Positions 1 through 15,243 of a DNA stretch of 64,000 nucleotides are shown here, piece by piece (position 1 is the first letter of the stretch; every line of letters starts with the position of its first letter). A program made the translations under genes and the position numbers. The DNA comes from Eledone cirrhosa (lineage: Eukaryota): NCBI GenBank assembly GCA_964016885.1, contig OZ024742.1, positions 260,090,001-260,154,000 on the forward strand, read 5' to 3'. A model generated the notes under the pieces. That model was not told the origin of the DNA. It worked only from the letters and a program-made list of their open reading frames with translations, and did not search any database.

Positions 1-1083
1 TAGTTTAACGTCTATCTTCCATGCTAGCATGGGTTTAGACGGATACTTTATATATATATATATTATGGTATAACACTTGAGTACTAAATTGCTCCATAAT
101 GACCCATCCAAGACATTAAATGATGATGATATATTAAAGCTCTTACAAATTTCATGAAAAACATTGAGGAGATGGTAGGAGTGTGTAGTTGTGGTTGCTG
201 CAATGACAAAAGGTTTTGTTTTTTTAAATCCCATACAGTAACAAGTCTTTATGGACAGTGGGTGGTAACAGAAAGATAGAAATAGAGAGTGTGTGTGCAA
301 CAGAGAGAGAGATAAAAATATTAGAAATATGGCAATGAAAAAAGTATTGTATGAGCATACATACATTGTTTAAGGATTTGCAAAATAAGTGTATGTATTT
401 ATTTATGTTTTTGTGGGATATATTACATGTATGTGTGTATGCATGTGTGTGATTATCAGTCATGCAAATTACAATCTTGTGTGCCTATGTTAATTCAGTG
501 ATAAGGATCATATATGGAAATGTGTGCACGTAAGTGAGCTTTAAGAAATATTAGTTTACCTTTATTCATGTGAGATATGTATGTGTGTAGCATGTTGTTT
601 CTGTTTTTTGAGCAGGTGTAACATTTTAATATAAAATATGAAATGGTGATGAGGGTTTATTACATTAAAAGAAACACAGAGAACTTCTATGAGAGAAGAT
701 AAACAGCCCCCCCCCCCCCCCATACACACACTTCATGTAGACAATAACATTTTAATTTAACTCACCATCTGAGGTGTTTAGGAATGACACAATGAGGTCA
801 CTTCTGATATAATAACGTTCTAGTGGCAAAATATGGAGCATGAGTGGGGGTGAGAGGAGCATTTAAGAAATTATGTTTATGGGTAATTTGTTCAGGTGTC
901 AGAAGTAGACAGGTTAACCCACCATAGAAACGATCACGTCTTAATATCCACAGCTTCCCACCAGCAACATTCACCAGCTCTGAAACCACTTACGGTCTAT
1001 AAATAAATTAAAGGTCAGTTTGTAAAATCGTTGCTTGGTTTAATCTTTCAAACTGCAGGGAAATATGTTGGAGTAACCTTTAA

Positions 1084-1522
1084 CCCTTCTGTTAGTAAAC
1101 CACCTAAAATGTCCCTGGTGTCATAATACAAAAAAGTTTGTTTCTAAATGTTTATATATATTTAAAAACCTTTTATCGTAATTTTATATAATTTTGTTGT
1201 CAAACACCAGCTTAATAATGAGGAAGTTATATTACTAAATCCATCCAAATTTTGGATAATTTAAAACATTATTTGAAAATCATAGACAGTTATTTTTTGT
1301 TACAAATATATGAAAGGAAATGATTAAAGGATTTATTTACATTTATCTAAAAGCCTCCCATCATAATTTTATCAAAGAACCTTTGTTAAGTTATGTTCCA
1401 AACACTAGCTTAGTAATAATAAAGTTAGATATATTATTAAATCTCTCCAAATTCTTGACTATCATCAACATAATTAGAAAATCATTGTTTTTGTTGTTTT
1501 TCGAAAGCTGGCAATGAAAGGG
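1084..1522. mobile_element. Degenerate non-autonomous piggyBac-like DNA element (abundant family; further pieces near 40400, 50550, 51950, 52700, 53350, 54000, 59500, 63500)
   Basis: Begins ttaa|ccctt and ends aaggg|ttat. Internal motifs (ccatcataattttat, gttccaaacac.agctta, aaatatggtaatgaaagggttaa) recur across the window. Confidence 0.45.
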
Positions 1523-2065
1523 TTATGGTCAAATGCCTTGGATAGTTGTTGATTCACTAACAAAATGAAGCTTTTTGTTTGTTATTTTTATTCCTTCTGG
1601 TACTGAAACATCTGGAACCACCCTTCATTCTACATTTCAAAGTTGTTTGGTTTAACAAGTTTATCTTTTATCTAAAAAACCTTTCATAATTTGTGAAAAA
1701 ATTAAGCTTAAAAATGACAGCTCCAAGTACTTATGTTATTCATCTTTTTTGTTGAACTGTTAAGTTGTGGGGCATAAATATACACTAATACACTAAACAT
1801 AAGCAAACACATACATTCACATATATCTGTATGTATGTATGTATGATTTCATAAATTATTTTTGCCAATAGAAAGAGAGTCGATTTCTAACAAGACTCTC
1901 TCATTGGAATTTACACATCAACTAGGTAGATATGTCTGCATGTCTGCATGCATGCATGTGTAGATATGGATGTTATTGTATGTGTGGATGTGTATGCTTT
2001 GAGTTGTATGTGTGCATGTGTATATGCTTTGTATCTGTACATGTGTATATGCAGTTGTTAGATGC

Positions 2066-2530
2066 AAAATCTTTGGAATGTTTTACATATTTTTACTGTT
2101 TCATTAATGGATTGTACTTGTAGTTTCCTAACTAGTTGTGTCCTTTCTGTTCCTGTGAAGCCCAGCTTCTCAAGATTTATATTGAGGCAGTGCCCCAATA
2201 ATCACAGGCATAAATCTGAAGGTATAATCAGGGTGGAGTATCTGCAGATTTCTCATCAGTTCTGCATAGATATTCCCCTTTTCGCTAATCTTTGATATTA
2301 TATTGGCATCTGCTGGGCAGCTAACTTCCACTACTGTGCATGCCTTCTTTTCCCTGTCCCATATCATAATATCTGGTCTGTTATGCCTGCATTTTATTGG
2401 GGTTTTTACTGGAACATTCCACCAGTACTCTTTCATATTATGTATATGTATGTCTTCCACATTGCTGTAGCTTTTAATGTGTTTATCATCGGGGCTATGT
2501 TTTCTACGGATTGCATTGTATTGTACAGTG
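2066..2530 (-). pseudogene. 3' remnant of a non-LTR retrotransposon with a restriction-like endonuclease (R4/Dong-like)
   Basis: HNRPDIMIWD...VVEVSCPADANIISKISEK..IY..L...PVIIGAL is a PD-(D/E)xK RLE signature. It continues after a frameshift as NLEKLGF...RKLQVQSINETVKICKTF. Confidence 0.75.
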
Positions 2531-2559
2531 TTTTGTATGTATGTATGTATGTATGTATG

Positions 2560-2599
<40 letters not shown>

Positions 2600-3431
2600 C
2601 TGGCAATAGGAAGATGACTTCTTATTGCCATACTTCTTATGAAATTTTATTGCATATTACAACTGTTTCGATTGTGATCAGCTTGGGTTTGATCAGGTGT
2701 TCAGATCCCGACTCTTAATCGACACCGATATATGATAATAAGTATAGACGAGCGTCAAATTTTCACTAAGTTTATTCAGGTGTGACATGCAATTTGCGAT
2801 TGATCAATTCAAGGTTCAATCTCTATCAACCAGGCCCGATTCTGGAATCAAAAGCCACCAGACTTCTGTTAGCTTAATGACAGAATGTATATATATATAT
2901 ATATGGCTGCAACTCGATTACAAATAATGCTATCGCTTGATACTTAAGCATCACAGATTTGGGTTTTTTAGTCCAGCTAGGGACTTGCCTATGACCAGCA
3001 GTACCATACATCGCAAAAAAAAGTCACATATCAAGCAATGCCTGTGCTAGAAGCTTTTTTAAGTGTGGAAAGGCTTTGCATGGGACCAATCCCACTCTCA
3101 TTTACCCAAAAAGAAAAACCGATCTACATCATTGGATGCAAATGAAGTCACAGGTTTTATATCAGAATGACCTTCTCCTAAAGAGATGTCTTAATGAAGA
3201 CTAGGTGTCTCTCACTCCAAAAAGAAAAAAAATACATACAATTGGTTGGTGATAAGAGGGGCATCCAGTGATAAAAAATTTGCCTAACAAAGGATGAAGA
3301 GGACTCTTCAGCTGAGTCATAGACACAACAACCTCCCAAGTACTGGTGCCACAATAAAATGCACACATGCAACTCTTGCTAGTGAGGAAAATGGATGTTA
3401 AATGTTGATGGTGATGATGATATATATATCT

Positions 3432-3525
<94 letters not shown>

Positions 3526-3690
3526 TGTATGAGTGAGCAAGACATGGTCACCTGACCTGGCATTTCCCACAGCAGGACAACTCATCTAATGCATGCTAGT
3601 TTGGAAAAATAGACGTAAAACGATATTGTTGTTGATGATGATAATGAGGAGGAGGATGGTGATATATATATATATATTTATTTTATTTTT

Positions 3691-4387
3691 TAATATACGC
3701 GAACGGCAAAGCATAAACGAACTAAGGGAAAAATTAGAAATAAGAGGGATCAGATGTTGTTTACTCGAGAGAAGGCTACGTTGGTATGGTCACGTGATGC
3801 GCATGAAAGACAACAGCTGTATAAAAAAGTGCAGGGCAATAAAGATAGATGGTAGCCACGGAGTAGGCAGACCCAGAAAAACCTGGGACGACCTGATAAA
3901 CTCCGACCTCACACACTTACACCTCTCCAAGACAATGTCACTGGACCGAGATCTTTGGCGGTACTCAGTAATAGAGAAGACCCGCCTTACCTAAATACAA
4001 AGTAAAACCTACTACAGTCAGTAGGCATCTCTAACAAAATACACCCCCGTACCACCCACCCCACCCCATCCAACCGCCCCTTTCAATGTAAAGTTATGTT
4101 GGTACCACAACATCCAGGCCAAAACAAATGAGATCGTGTAGGTGTCACGACAAAAAAACACACAGTCCACACTGTAATGTGGCCGTGTAGGTAACATGGT
4201 AAACACCTCCCAGTCCCACACTGTAAATGTGGTTGGTGTTAGGAAGGGCATCCAGCTGTAGAAAACCCGCCAGACAGTCCTATGCGAGCAAGACAACCAC
4301 TCTTGCCTCAAGTGGGAAAACTCCCGTCCAAACCCATGCAAGCGTGGAACATGGATGTTAAACGATGATGATGATGATGATGATGAT
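3691..4387 (+). mobile_element. 5'-truncated RTE LINE copy (same family as 30222-33059)
   Basis: NIRERQSINELREKLEIRGIRCCLLERRLRWYGHVMRM...GRPRKTW is nearly identical to the end of the 30.3-32.7 kb ORF, followed by the shared 3'UTR and a (GAT)n tail. Confidence 0.9.
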
Positions 4388-5523
4388 ATATATATATATA
4401 TACGCACACACACACATTTGGCTTCCACACAGGTTTTGTCTACCAAATTCTCTCTCATGAGGCATTGATCAACCCAAGAATATAATAGAAGCTTTTATCC
4501 AAGGTGCCATATGGTGGAATTAAGTACCAAATCACATGGATGTGAAGAAACTCCTTCACCACATACAACCATGGAAGATTTTGTTTGTAACAATGAAAAA
4601 GAACACTTGATATTCACAAACAGTTTATTTTATGTCAATAAAAGCTGATCTATTCTTAGTTCTAATGGTTTCAACTAGCAACTATATATATAGCTTCATC
4701 TTCCACATTCTCATCACCATCATAGATGCTTGCTAAGTGGCTTAACTCATAATTAATGTTAGAAGACTGACCTTCCTCATAAGTACATAGTTTTATTGTG
4801 TTACTGCTTGAGCTTGGATAAATAGCATGAGTGATACACTGGTATGATCTTTGAGAACTTAACTATCAATTTATTTATTTATCTCCTTATTTTCCTCTAA
4901 TTTACTTTGATAAATCCCACCCCACCATCTCTTAAAACTCTTCTCTTCTCTCTTCATACTAGATTTATTATTATCTTAGCTCTGCATGTCTGTGGAGTAA
5001 GTTATATTTATTTGTTTCAGGCATAATAATGATTAAACTAACACTCCCTATACTTCGCACTGCTTCAAACTCTTTTGTTTCTATATTTCTAATAATAATA
5101 ATGAAATTATTGTGTAAAGTGCTCAGGTGTACTACAACTCGTCAAAGGTGCATGTATAGTACATAGAATAATATACAAATGTCAGGGAAGTGAATAGTGT
5201 ATGAGTCATGATATACATGTGTGTATGAGTGTGGAGGGGGAACATTAGGAACTAATAGAAGACAGTGGAGAGTCAGTGTCACTGCCTGTTCTCTACACTT
5301 TCCTCCACTTCATACAGTTTCAAACTCTTTTGTTTCTATATTTCTAATGGAAGATAGCATTGTATCACTATGGCAATGTATTTTGTCACCTTGTCCACAA
5401 GGCACTGCTGGGATATATCACCTAGCTGGGAACAGGAAGGGTGTAGAATTTACCACCCACTTCCCATTCACCTTTATTTCATTATTTAATTGTTTTCTCT
5501 CTTTTTCTCCTCCATTATATTAT

Positions 5524-5712
5524 TGGATTGGCAGTATCGGTAGAGGGTCGGACGCCATGCTTTCCAGCATAGTTACGTCCCTTTACGATCTGAGTTCAAA
5601 TCCCGCCGAGGTTGACTTTGCCTTTCATCCTTACGGGATCGATAAAATAAAGTACCAGTAATGCACTGGGTAATTTCTGGCCTTGTGCCTAAAGTAGAAA
5701 CAATTATATTAT
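5524..5712 (+). mobile_element. tRNA-head SINE with Nin/Deu-like central domain and (ATT)n tail
   Basis: A-box-like tggcagtatcgg, B-box gagttcaaatcc, core gcctttcatccttacggg.tcgataaaataaagtaccag. More than 10 related copies in the window. Confidence 0.8.
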
Positions 5713-6048
5713 TTTCACCCCTTTTTAAACAAATATTTTCATCACTGAATACTTCTGTTCAACAATAAAGCCACAAATTTTATTCAAATAATTTTGAAAA
5801 TTATCAAGAATTAAGATTACTTCTGATATTATTTACTAGTTTAGCACGGAGGAGGAGGTCCTTAGGACATACAGAAACATCCATAGCACACACTTTTTTC
5901 CACATTTGTTGACTGACTTCCACTTAAAATTCCTTGTTTTTCAGGTGACAACATTATCTACCTATCTATTTATCTTTCACACACACACACTCTCGCTGTA
6001 TTTCTCTCTTAACAACAACAACCTGTTGTTTTTATTGAAACACATTTT

Positions 6049-6087
<39 letters not shown>

Positions 6088-6167
6088 ACCTGTCATTATA
6101 GTGTAAGTCTCTTTGAAGTTTGTGTTGTCTATATGTTGGCTATACAGAAATACACACATATACAGAA

Positions 6168-6208
<41 letters not shown>

Positions 6209-9200
6209 TTGTGCTTTAGTTTGTTGGAAAGAGGGGGTGGGTAGAGTAATATTTCCCTTCCTCTATATAGAGAACATGATGATGGACAGACTGACAGACA
6301 TGGCTCTTATAGTATAGATTTTGGCCCTGGGAAGATGAAAGGCAAAATTCACCTTGGTAGGATGGGAACTCACAACCTAAAGAGACACAACAAATACTGT
6401 AATGCATTTTGTCTGATTTTCTGTTGATTCTTTTCATCCAACGCCTTTTAATCATAACCACCATTTCCCCCCAGACTGTATGAGCTGGACAGTCTGGCAA
6501 AGCCATGATTTCTATGACTGGATACCCTTCCTAACACCAACCATGTTATAGAGTATACTTGGAGTATTTTATTGTGGCACCAGCACTACCACTATACAGA
6601 ATTTATTGGATGTATTTTATTTTGGCTCCAACACTCAGTACATTACTGGTACTTTATTTTATCGACCCCGTAAGGATGAAAGACAATACTGGGTGTATGG
6701 TACCAACACTACAGAATGTACAGGGTGTATTTTATTGTGATAGCAGCACAACCACATTACAGAGTGCACTGGGTGTATTTTATCATGGTACCAGTGTTAG
6801 CTATCACTTTACAGAGTGTACTGGGCATATTTGTTTTATCATGGTACAATCACACCAGTTCACAGAGTTTACTGGGTGTATTATATGTACTATATACTAT
6901 GCTTTCATATTGAGTGCTCACTCTTTTGTAATTACAATCTACACTCAGATGTATGTGTAAACAGAAATTCATATAAAACTGTGTTTTCTTCTGTCAGCTT
7001 CCCTCACAAAATAATCCCATTTGATTGAATGCTTGAATGCTCACTGTCAAAACTGACAAAGGAGGCACCACCACCATCATCATCATCATTTCTGCATTGT
7101 GTGTATAAATTAGTGAACAAGAAATAAGAATATTTCATTTGACCACTCGGGTTTTAAACTCCATCTTCTCATCTGATTTTCATGGTCAAAGTTGGTTATT
7201 TCTTCTTTATATGAGGCAAACAGCATTTAATAATCTTTTTTTTTAATATATTTATTTATTCAAAAAAATATTTATAAATTTTTTAACATGTGAATAATGT
7301 GAATTATTTTATTTAAAAAATATCTTTCACCCCATTTAACTAATGCTGTGAAAGCCCATATAGACAACCAAAATATCACACTTTATTTTTCATCTCTTTA
7401 TGTCCTATCACTAACTAAGTTGCTCTCACTAGGCATTAGTCAACCCAAGGTTATAGTAGAATGATCATGATGTTTGTGGAGTATATATATATACATATAT
7501 ATATATACACATTCATACATAAACTTGGCTTTATTTAAGTTTAATGAAGGTGACATTCAGTGTAATTGAACCCAGAACCATATGATTGCAAATCATACAC
7601 CTTAACCACACAACCATGCCTATTTTATGGTGATTATTTAAATCTAAATGAATGACAGCTGAATTATTCTCCTCAAGATTAATGAATGTAAATTTATCCT
7701 ACATTTTTCTGTAGAGTTCAAACTGTTTATTCTGTACCTCTTTTTGTCTCTGTCACTGTTGGAAAATATTAATTTTCAAGAAATTATTGAACAAATTTTT
7801 TTTAATGACATTAATTTCAGTCCATTAAAAGCACTTGATTTTCTGCCAGTGTTTTTGTTGATGTTGTTGACTCTTGTGTCAAGGGCACATCAACCTTTAT
7901 ATGCTATTACGGACATAATAAAACAACCCAGTACACTCTGTAAATTGGTTGGTGGTAAGAAGCACATCCAACCCCCTAAAAAAAAACATATCAAAGTGTT
8001 GTGAGGATTCTTCAGTTGTGTCAAAGACATGACATCTGCCATACTGCTAATGCCATGATAAAAAGGAACCTTGTGCACTCTGTAGAAAATGCTACTTATG
8101 GAAGTGAGGTGTGGGCCTTTTCTGAAAGGTCAGTAGATCCAATTAAGTACTAACTTGGTCTGAAACAACCTGTTTAGCCATTTCTAGCCTAGGAAATAAA
8201 CATTAAATGATGATGATGATGATATTGTTAAATATGGCAAGTATGACGGAGTAACATTAGTAAATATTATGGCTTTTATTCTCATTGACAAACCATTTCA
8301 TGTCATTAATATTCTTGAGAATAGCATATACATTACATCTTTGTAAATAACTGGTTGACTTAAGAAACATTGGGAAAATTTTTAATTTAAAATATAGCCG
8401 TCCCAACGTAAGTGATTATACTAATAGTTGATCACTATAAATAATAGTTAAGAAAATCAGGTAAAGTACCCCTGGAGACAGAATAAAGTGGTCAGAGATC
8501 TTTAAGGAATTTGGGTACTTAAACTTCTAGCTACAGGCTTTAAACAGGTGGAATTAGTGGCCAGTGCCTCTTTAATGTAGTGGTTAATGTACTTGCCCAG
8601 CATCTGAGTGACAAAGGGTTCCATTCCTCACAGGCTCCTCTGCCCACTTTATTTTCATCCCATAAGTACTATTATTTATGATGGGTGACTATTATTATAG
8701 TCATTTGCGTTGGGACAACTACATTTCAAATCATATCTCTGATTATTGCTTGTGAAAAGCTGCTTGTATTAGGCAGAAGACAGCAGGAAATCACTCCATC
8801 AGTTGATAATTTCCTCGACACACTGCAACATTATAACTTGTGTCTAGAAGCAAACATGTATTACATCCTAATGATGATAATTGCTGCTATTAAAGACAAA
8901 TTAAAATGTTATTCAGATGATAATGGATGATATTTGCACCACTGTCTTTATATAATTATATGGATTCACCTTTAAAAATTTGAAATTGTCATTAAATATA
9001 TGAAGTCAATTCTGCTTAAACAGTCTAACAATCGTTTATAAATGCTTAGAAGCAATCTACAGGCCTAGCACTTAAGGCATGAACTTTTAATATAACCGCT
9101 CTTAGTTTAGTCTATCATCACTACCCTTTCATTACCATATTTCTAATGGAATCAATGTGATTAGGGTGTTGGACTCACAATGACCTTAATTCATGGACTG

Positions 9201-9485
9201 GGCAGCACACTGTGTTCTTGAGCAAGACACTTCATTTTACAGTTCTTTTCATGATATGACTGGGGACCCTATCCTTAAAATACAAGAGCAACCCCTGAGA
9301 AACATCATGATATGCAGCCAACTAAACCTGCATAGGTGTCAGCTGCGAATTCCATTATTTCTTATGTGTAATGAAAGAAATAATTTTCAAAAGAGATTGT
9401 ATGTTTCATTAGTATAGTATATCCAGCATGACCTCAGCCGGATGGCAGGTACAGGTAAAAGAGTATATATGTGTGTGTGTATATA

Positions 9486-11592
9486 TCATCATCATCATCA
9501 TCATCACCGTTTTACGTCCGTTCTTCCACGCTAGCATGGGTTAGACGGGTTGTCCTGTTGTGGGCAGTGTCTGGTTGGCTGACCATGCCTTGCTCATACA
9601 GGAACTGATCTGGCTTGATTTCTACAGCTGGATGCCCTTCCTAACACCAACCTCATTTACAGTGAGTGCTGGGTGCTTTTTTGTGGCGCCTACACGTCCA
9701 CTTTACAGTGTGGGCTGGGTGCTTTTTTGCCGTGGCACCTCCACGACCACCTTACGGTGGGGGGTGTGGGGGCATATTGTCTATATGCTTCAGCTTGTAC
9801 CCATGGGAGGTCGAGTACTCTGTATTACTGCATGACGCCAGAAGTCACGGTCGTGTGTCATTGCCTTTGAGAGGTGTAATTGGGTAAGGTCGGCTTTTAT
9901 CACCTCATCCCAGGTCATCTTGGGTCTCCCCACTCCGCGGTTTCCATCAACTTCTAGTGCTCTGCACCTTTTTATGCAGCTGTCATCCTTCATACGCATC
10001 ACATGTCCATACCAGCGCAACCGCCTCTCCTGCACACAGCATTTGATTCCTCTTATGCTCAGTCTCTCTCTCAATTCATTTATGCTTTGTCGTTCACGTA
10101 TATTACTGTTACACATCCATCGGAGCATGCAGGCTTCGTTTCTCTCTAATCTACGTAAGTCTTCCACCTTCAGCGCCCAGGTCTCACTACCATGCAACAT
10201 TGCTGTTCGGATACACGCATCATACAGTCTGCCTTTCATTCTGAGGGAGAAGCCTTTTGCAGCTAGCAGTGGTAGTAGTTCCCTAAACTTCTTCCATCCC
10301 GTTCTTACCCTAGTTATTGTACTTTCTGAACACCCACCTCCGCTGCTAATTCGGTCACCTAGGTAGCAGAAGCTGTCTACTGTTTCTACAGAGCCCTCCC
10401 AGAGATTGGTGGTACTTGTTTCCTGTGGCTGTTTGCTGCTTGCTGTCTCAGCACAGCTGCTGCATGTGAAGCCTACATTCTTAATTAAGCTTCCTGAGAT
10501 CCCGCTACATCTCTTGTGTACCCATTGTTTGCATTTGGGACAGAGAATGGAGTTCCTACCTACACCTTTCCTACATACTGAGCAAGGCCATTTCCCTGAG
10601 GGGATCTGGGTTCTGTTTTCTCGTCTACTTACAAGGACCTTAGTCTTTATCATGTTGACTTTGAGACCCTTTCTTTCTAGTCCCTGCTTCCAAGTTTGGA
10701 ATTTATTCTCTAGTTCTACCATAGATTCAGCTATGAGTGCGAGGTCATCAGCATACAGGAGTTCCCATGGGCATCCGGTCTTAAACTCCTCCGTTATTGC
10801 CTGCAGGACTATGATGAACAGGAGGGGGCTAAGAACAGAGCCCTGGTGGACCCGAACCTGTACGCTAAATTCCTCGCTATACTCATTGCTAATCCTAACT
10901 TTTCTGACTGCTCCCCTATACATGGCTTGTACCGCTTTCACAAGCCATTCATCTACTCCTAGTTTTCTAAGAGCCCACCAGATTACAGCACGTGGAACTC
11001 TGTCAAAGGCTTTCTCAAGGTCGACAAATGTCAAGTAGAGTGGCTTACTTTTAGCTAGGTACTTTTCCTGTAATTGCCTCACAAGGAAGAGGGCATCAGT
11101 GGTGTCTCTTCCTGGTACAAACCCAAATTGCATCTCGTCTATTTTCACCCGGTCCCTAATCAACTGTGCTATAACTCTTTCTGTTACTTTCATGACCTGG
11201 TCCATCAACTTTATACCTCTATAGTTTCCTCTATCTAGTGCATCGCCTTTACCTTTGTAGCAGTTGACAATGATGCTACTGCACCAATCTTTTGGTATGA
11301 CACCTTCTAGTATTACCTGGTTAACAATACGTGTGGTTATAGTGTGACCTACAGACCCAGATGCCTTCAGCATCTCGGCAGCTATACCCGATGGACCGGT
11401 TGCCTTCCCCATCTTCATATCTTTGATTGCCTTACTTACTACGCTGCTGCTGACTTGTACTGCTGGCCCCTCTATAGGGTCTACTTGGGGTAGGGTCTCT
11501 TCTTCGCATGCATTCTCCTCATTTAGTAATCTATCATAATGACTCTTCTCAGCACTTGTGAGGGCAAGCTCACCTTTATCATTCCGGATACA
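9486..11592 (-). mobile_element. 5'-truncated RTE LINE, second subfamily; open RT ORF 11592-9790, 3'UTR and (GAT)n tail
   Basis: RT motifs NYRGIKL, QFGF, FVDLEKAFDRV, HQGSVLSP, LLYADD, YLG and C-terminal RLRWYGHV/GRP; tail (atc)n on the + strand at about 9486-9507. Confidence 0.92.
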
Positions 11593-12005
11593 TATATATA
11601 TATATATAATCATCATCATCATCATCATTATCATCATCACCGTTTAATGTCCACCTTCCATGGGTTAGACGGGTTGTCCTATTTGAGGCAGGTTGTCAGG
11701 TGACCATATCCTGCTCATAGAGAACTGTTTCTATCTAGATTTCTACAGCTGGATTCCCTTTCTAATGCCAACCACATTTACAGTGTGTGCTGGTTGTGTG
11801 TGTGTAAATATATGTATATATATATAAATGTGTGTGTATATATACAGGATGTAGCCATTTAAAGCACATCTTTTTACCTCTTCACTGTTCCTACACTCTT
11901 TCTTATTTCTTATTCTTTCTTCTCTTACTATACTTTGATAAACGATTTAACCCAAAACGTCAGACCCTTTCTTATCTTTTATTCAGTGTAAATATTTCCT
12001 CTGTG

Positions 12006-12205
12006 NNNNNNNNNNNNNNNNNNNNNNNNNNNNNNNNNNNNNNNNNNNNNNNNNNNNNNNNNNNNNNNNNNNNNNNNNNNNNNNNNNNNNNNNNNNNNNN
12101 NNNNNNNNNNNNNNNNNNNNNNNNNNNNNNNNNNNNNNNNNNNNNNNNNNNNNNNNNNNNNNNNNNNNNNNNNNNNNNNNNNNNNNNNNNNNNNNNNNNN
12201 NNNNN
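12006..12205. other. Assembly gap (200 N)
   Basis: Run of N; contiguity across it is not guaranteed. Confidence 1.
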
Positions 12206-12225
12206 TCTGTAACTTACAGCATTTT

Positions 12226-12560
12226 AAGATGATTTGGGGGTCTTTCTAGGTCTTTCTCTAATGCAGCTGCTTTCCACTTGGATCACATGGCACTTTTTCA
12301 CCCAACAATCATCATTCATACACATCACATGTCTACACCAGTGCAGTCATCTCTTCTGCACTCTGCATCTGATTCTTCATATATCTACTTTTATTCTCAG
12401 CTCAACTGTGCTATGTCAATCAATCACATAACATTATATATACAACAGACCATGCTCACTTCATTTTTCTCATATATCCTCTGCATTCACCACCCATGTC
12501 TCACTTTCATGCAATGTCGTACTTCTCATGCAGGCATCATACAATTTACCATTTGTTAAG
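12226..12560 (-). pseudogene. Decayed RTE ORF fragment
   Basis: GKLYDACMRSTTLHESETWVVNAEDI matches GRLYDACIRTAMLHGSETWAL in the intact copies. Confidence 0.75.
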
Positions 12561-14442
12561 AGAGAAAATACTATATTGTGTGTGTGACTGCATAGCAAAA
12601 ATGCCATACATAATATTGTTACTTTGTGTGTGTATGTGTGTAGAAAAAATACCCTGTACCAATGTGCTACTACCATATCTATTGAGACAAACTTTACATG
12701 AATTGAATTTAGAATTTCTTCTTTCTTTTCTTCATTCTTTTATTATTTTACTGTCTTCAGTCATTAGACTATGGCCAAACTGGATCACCACCTTTAATTA
12801 GTCAATCATATTGAACCTAGTACTTAATTTTTCAATCTCTTTTTTTGTCAGACACAAACATAAATACACATACATATGCATGCACACACACATGCATGTG
12901 CACATACACACACACTCAATTATATTTATTTTATTCCAGCCAAATTTGTCGTGTTCTCAGGCTCACCAGTCAATGATATTGTGTATTCATTCTCACAACC
13001 GTTAATACTAAGTGGGTATTTATAACTATTCTATTTACAAAACAGTGGTCAACCCAAAGCTATAGGAGACACTTGCCCAAGGTTTCACCTGCAATACTGA
13101 ACCTAGAACCATATGTTTGTGAAACAAACTCCTTAACCACACAGCCATGCTTACAGCTTATTTATTATTATTGCACTGGGTAATTGCTGGCTTTGTGCCA
13201 AAAGTCGAAACAATTATTATTTTTAAATATTTGTTTCTATCTTTTTCCCTTTCTTATCTTACTGGTTAATCCGAACTGATTACTGAAGACCCATGTCATG
13301 ATGTGGGATTACAACTGACATTTTTACACATAATATTTGAGAAATATACCCCATTTTTGACATTTTACTTTCTATTTCCAAGACAACATCTCTAAGTATC
13401 TCTGATAAAATATTTTATGTTTTTGTTTGATACTTTTATTTTTATTGATTATATATATTTTTTAATCTAATATGAATCATCTTTATTCATATCTCAATTG
13501 TTAATGATAGTACCATTATTATCAGAATTACCATCAATTTATATATTATTTAACCATAAAAATAACATTATATTACTTAGCTAACAGCTAAGTCACTGTA
13601 GTGGCTGCAACAATTCGTTAAGAAGTTCACTTTGAAACCATTAGGTCTTGGGTTCAACTGCACTGTGTGTCATCTTTGGCAAATGACATTTACCATAGCC
13701 TCAGGTCAAACCAGCCTTGTAAGTAAAATTGTGTAAATGGAAACTGTTTGGAGACCAGACAGATCAGAGCAAGTTATCTTGCTCATGCTGTTAAAAATTA
13801 GTATAAGTAGATTGTTTATTTTGAAAATAATGGTTTCTGATTTAGGTACGATGTTAGCAATTTAGGGTTAGGGGAAAGTTGATTATATAGACCTCCATAG
13901 GTGACTGGTATTTTATTACATCTACCTCCAGAAGAATGAAAGGCAAAATTGATTTGGTGGGATTTGAACTCAGAATGTTATTTATTGGTCCATATAACTG
14001 TTGTGATTCTTCTTTACATGCAGCTGGCATGTAATAGAACACAAGTGCTCATCTAGCCCATACTGCAAGTAAATCTTCTTTATACAATTAAGAGCTAACA
14101 CAAGATTATGTTCCCAGATCCATTATGTGAGTTGCGTGTACACCTATGTATGCATGGCCAACTGGTTAAGGAGTTTGTTTTGAAATACTAAGTAGCAGGT
14201 TTCATCCATTGTATGGCATCTTGGGCAAGTGTCATCTACTATATGGCTCAGGTTGACCCAAGGTTTATTATTGAAACCACTCGGAAGCCTATCAGATAGC
14301 CCGTACCTGTAATTCAAAATGTCAATCTTGTCACACACTGTGTCTGTGGAATACACATTAATTTCATTGATCAAACAACAAAAGCTGACAAAGGTCAATT
14401 TCATGTTTGTATATCATACATATTATTGTGTGTGTATATTAT

Positions 14443-14491
<49 letters not shown>

Positions 14492-15203
14492 GTGATCCAT
14501 GCTAGTGGAGAAAATGGATGTTAAACGATGATGATGATGATGTCTCTCTCTCTCTCTCTGTCTCCCTCCTTCCCCCCCTCTCTCTCTCTCTTTCTCTCTC
14601 TTTATATATATATATATTATTGTGTATGTGTGTGTGTATCATATATATTCAAAATGTCAATAGTAAATTAGTTTAGCACTTGATATAGAAGGCAAAGAGT
14701 TTTAATGTTTATACATATATATATATATATATAGTGTAACAAATTGGGCATAAAATCCTCTGGATGGAAAAAAAGTTGACACCATCACCCATGGGACTCA
14801 AACTAACATCTGCCATATGCTGGACAGGTTGAGCTACCAATTGCTCCAAATCAAAGATGATGAAAACTTCCATTATTTGAAGTTTTATCAATCGACCAGA
14901 ATGTAAACAATGATTTATTTTTAGAAACATTGAGCAGATATTTTTTATTGAAAATTAACTTAGAGTTAGAAGCTTCAATGCACATATTTTTGGATTATGA
15001 AAAACAGTCTAACTAATTGGCATTGGTCAGTCCAAGTGTTGTACAGTGGGAATGAACTCAAAATACATGGTTGCAAAGTGAACACCTTAACCACACAGCC
15101 ATCACTGTACCTGTCAGTAAAGTTTAGGTTTATCTATAATCTTTTCTTCTTTTTCTCAGTCTTAAATCAATCACTCACTCTCTCTCTCTCTCCCTCTCTG
15201 TAT

Positions 15204-15243
<40 letters not shown>

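Noticed and set aside
5524-5620. tRNA gene candidates (A/B boxes)
   Set aside because: They are SINE heads with no complete cloverleaf.
9920-11038. Plus-strand ORFs of 148 and 210 aa (likewise 31686-32627 on the minus strand)
   Set aside because: Antisense shadows of the RTE ORF.
11934-11963. tttgataaacgatttaacccaaaacgtcag resembling a PLE minimal hammerhead
   Set aside because: Both core halves and stem II are mutated; at most a fossil.
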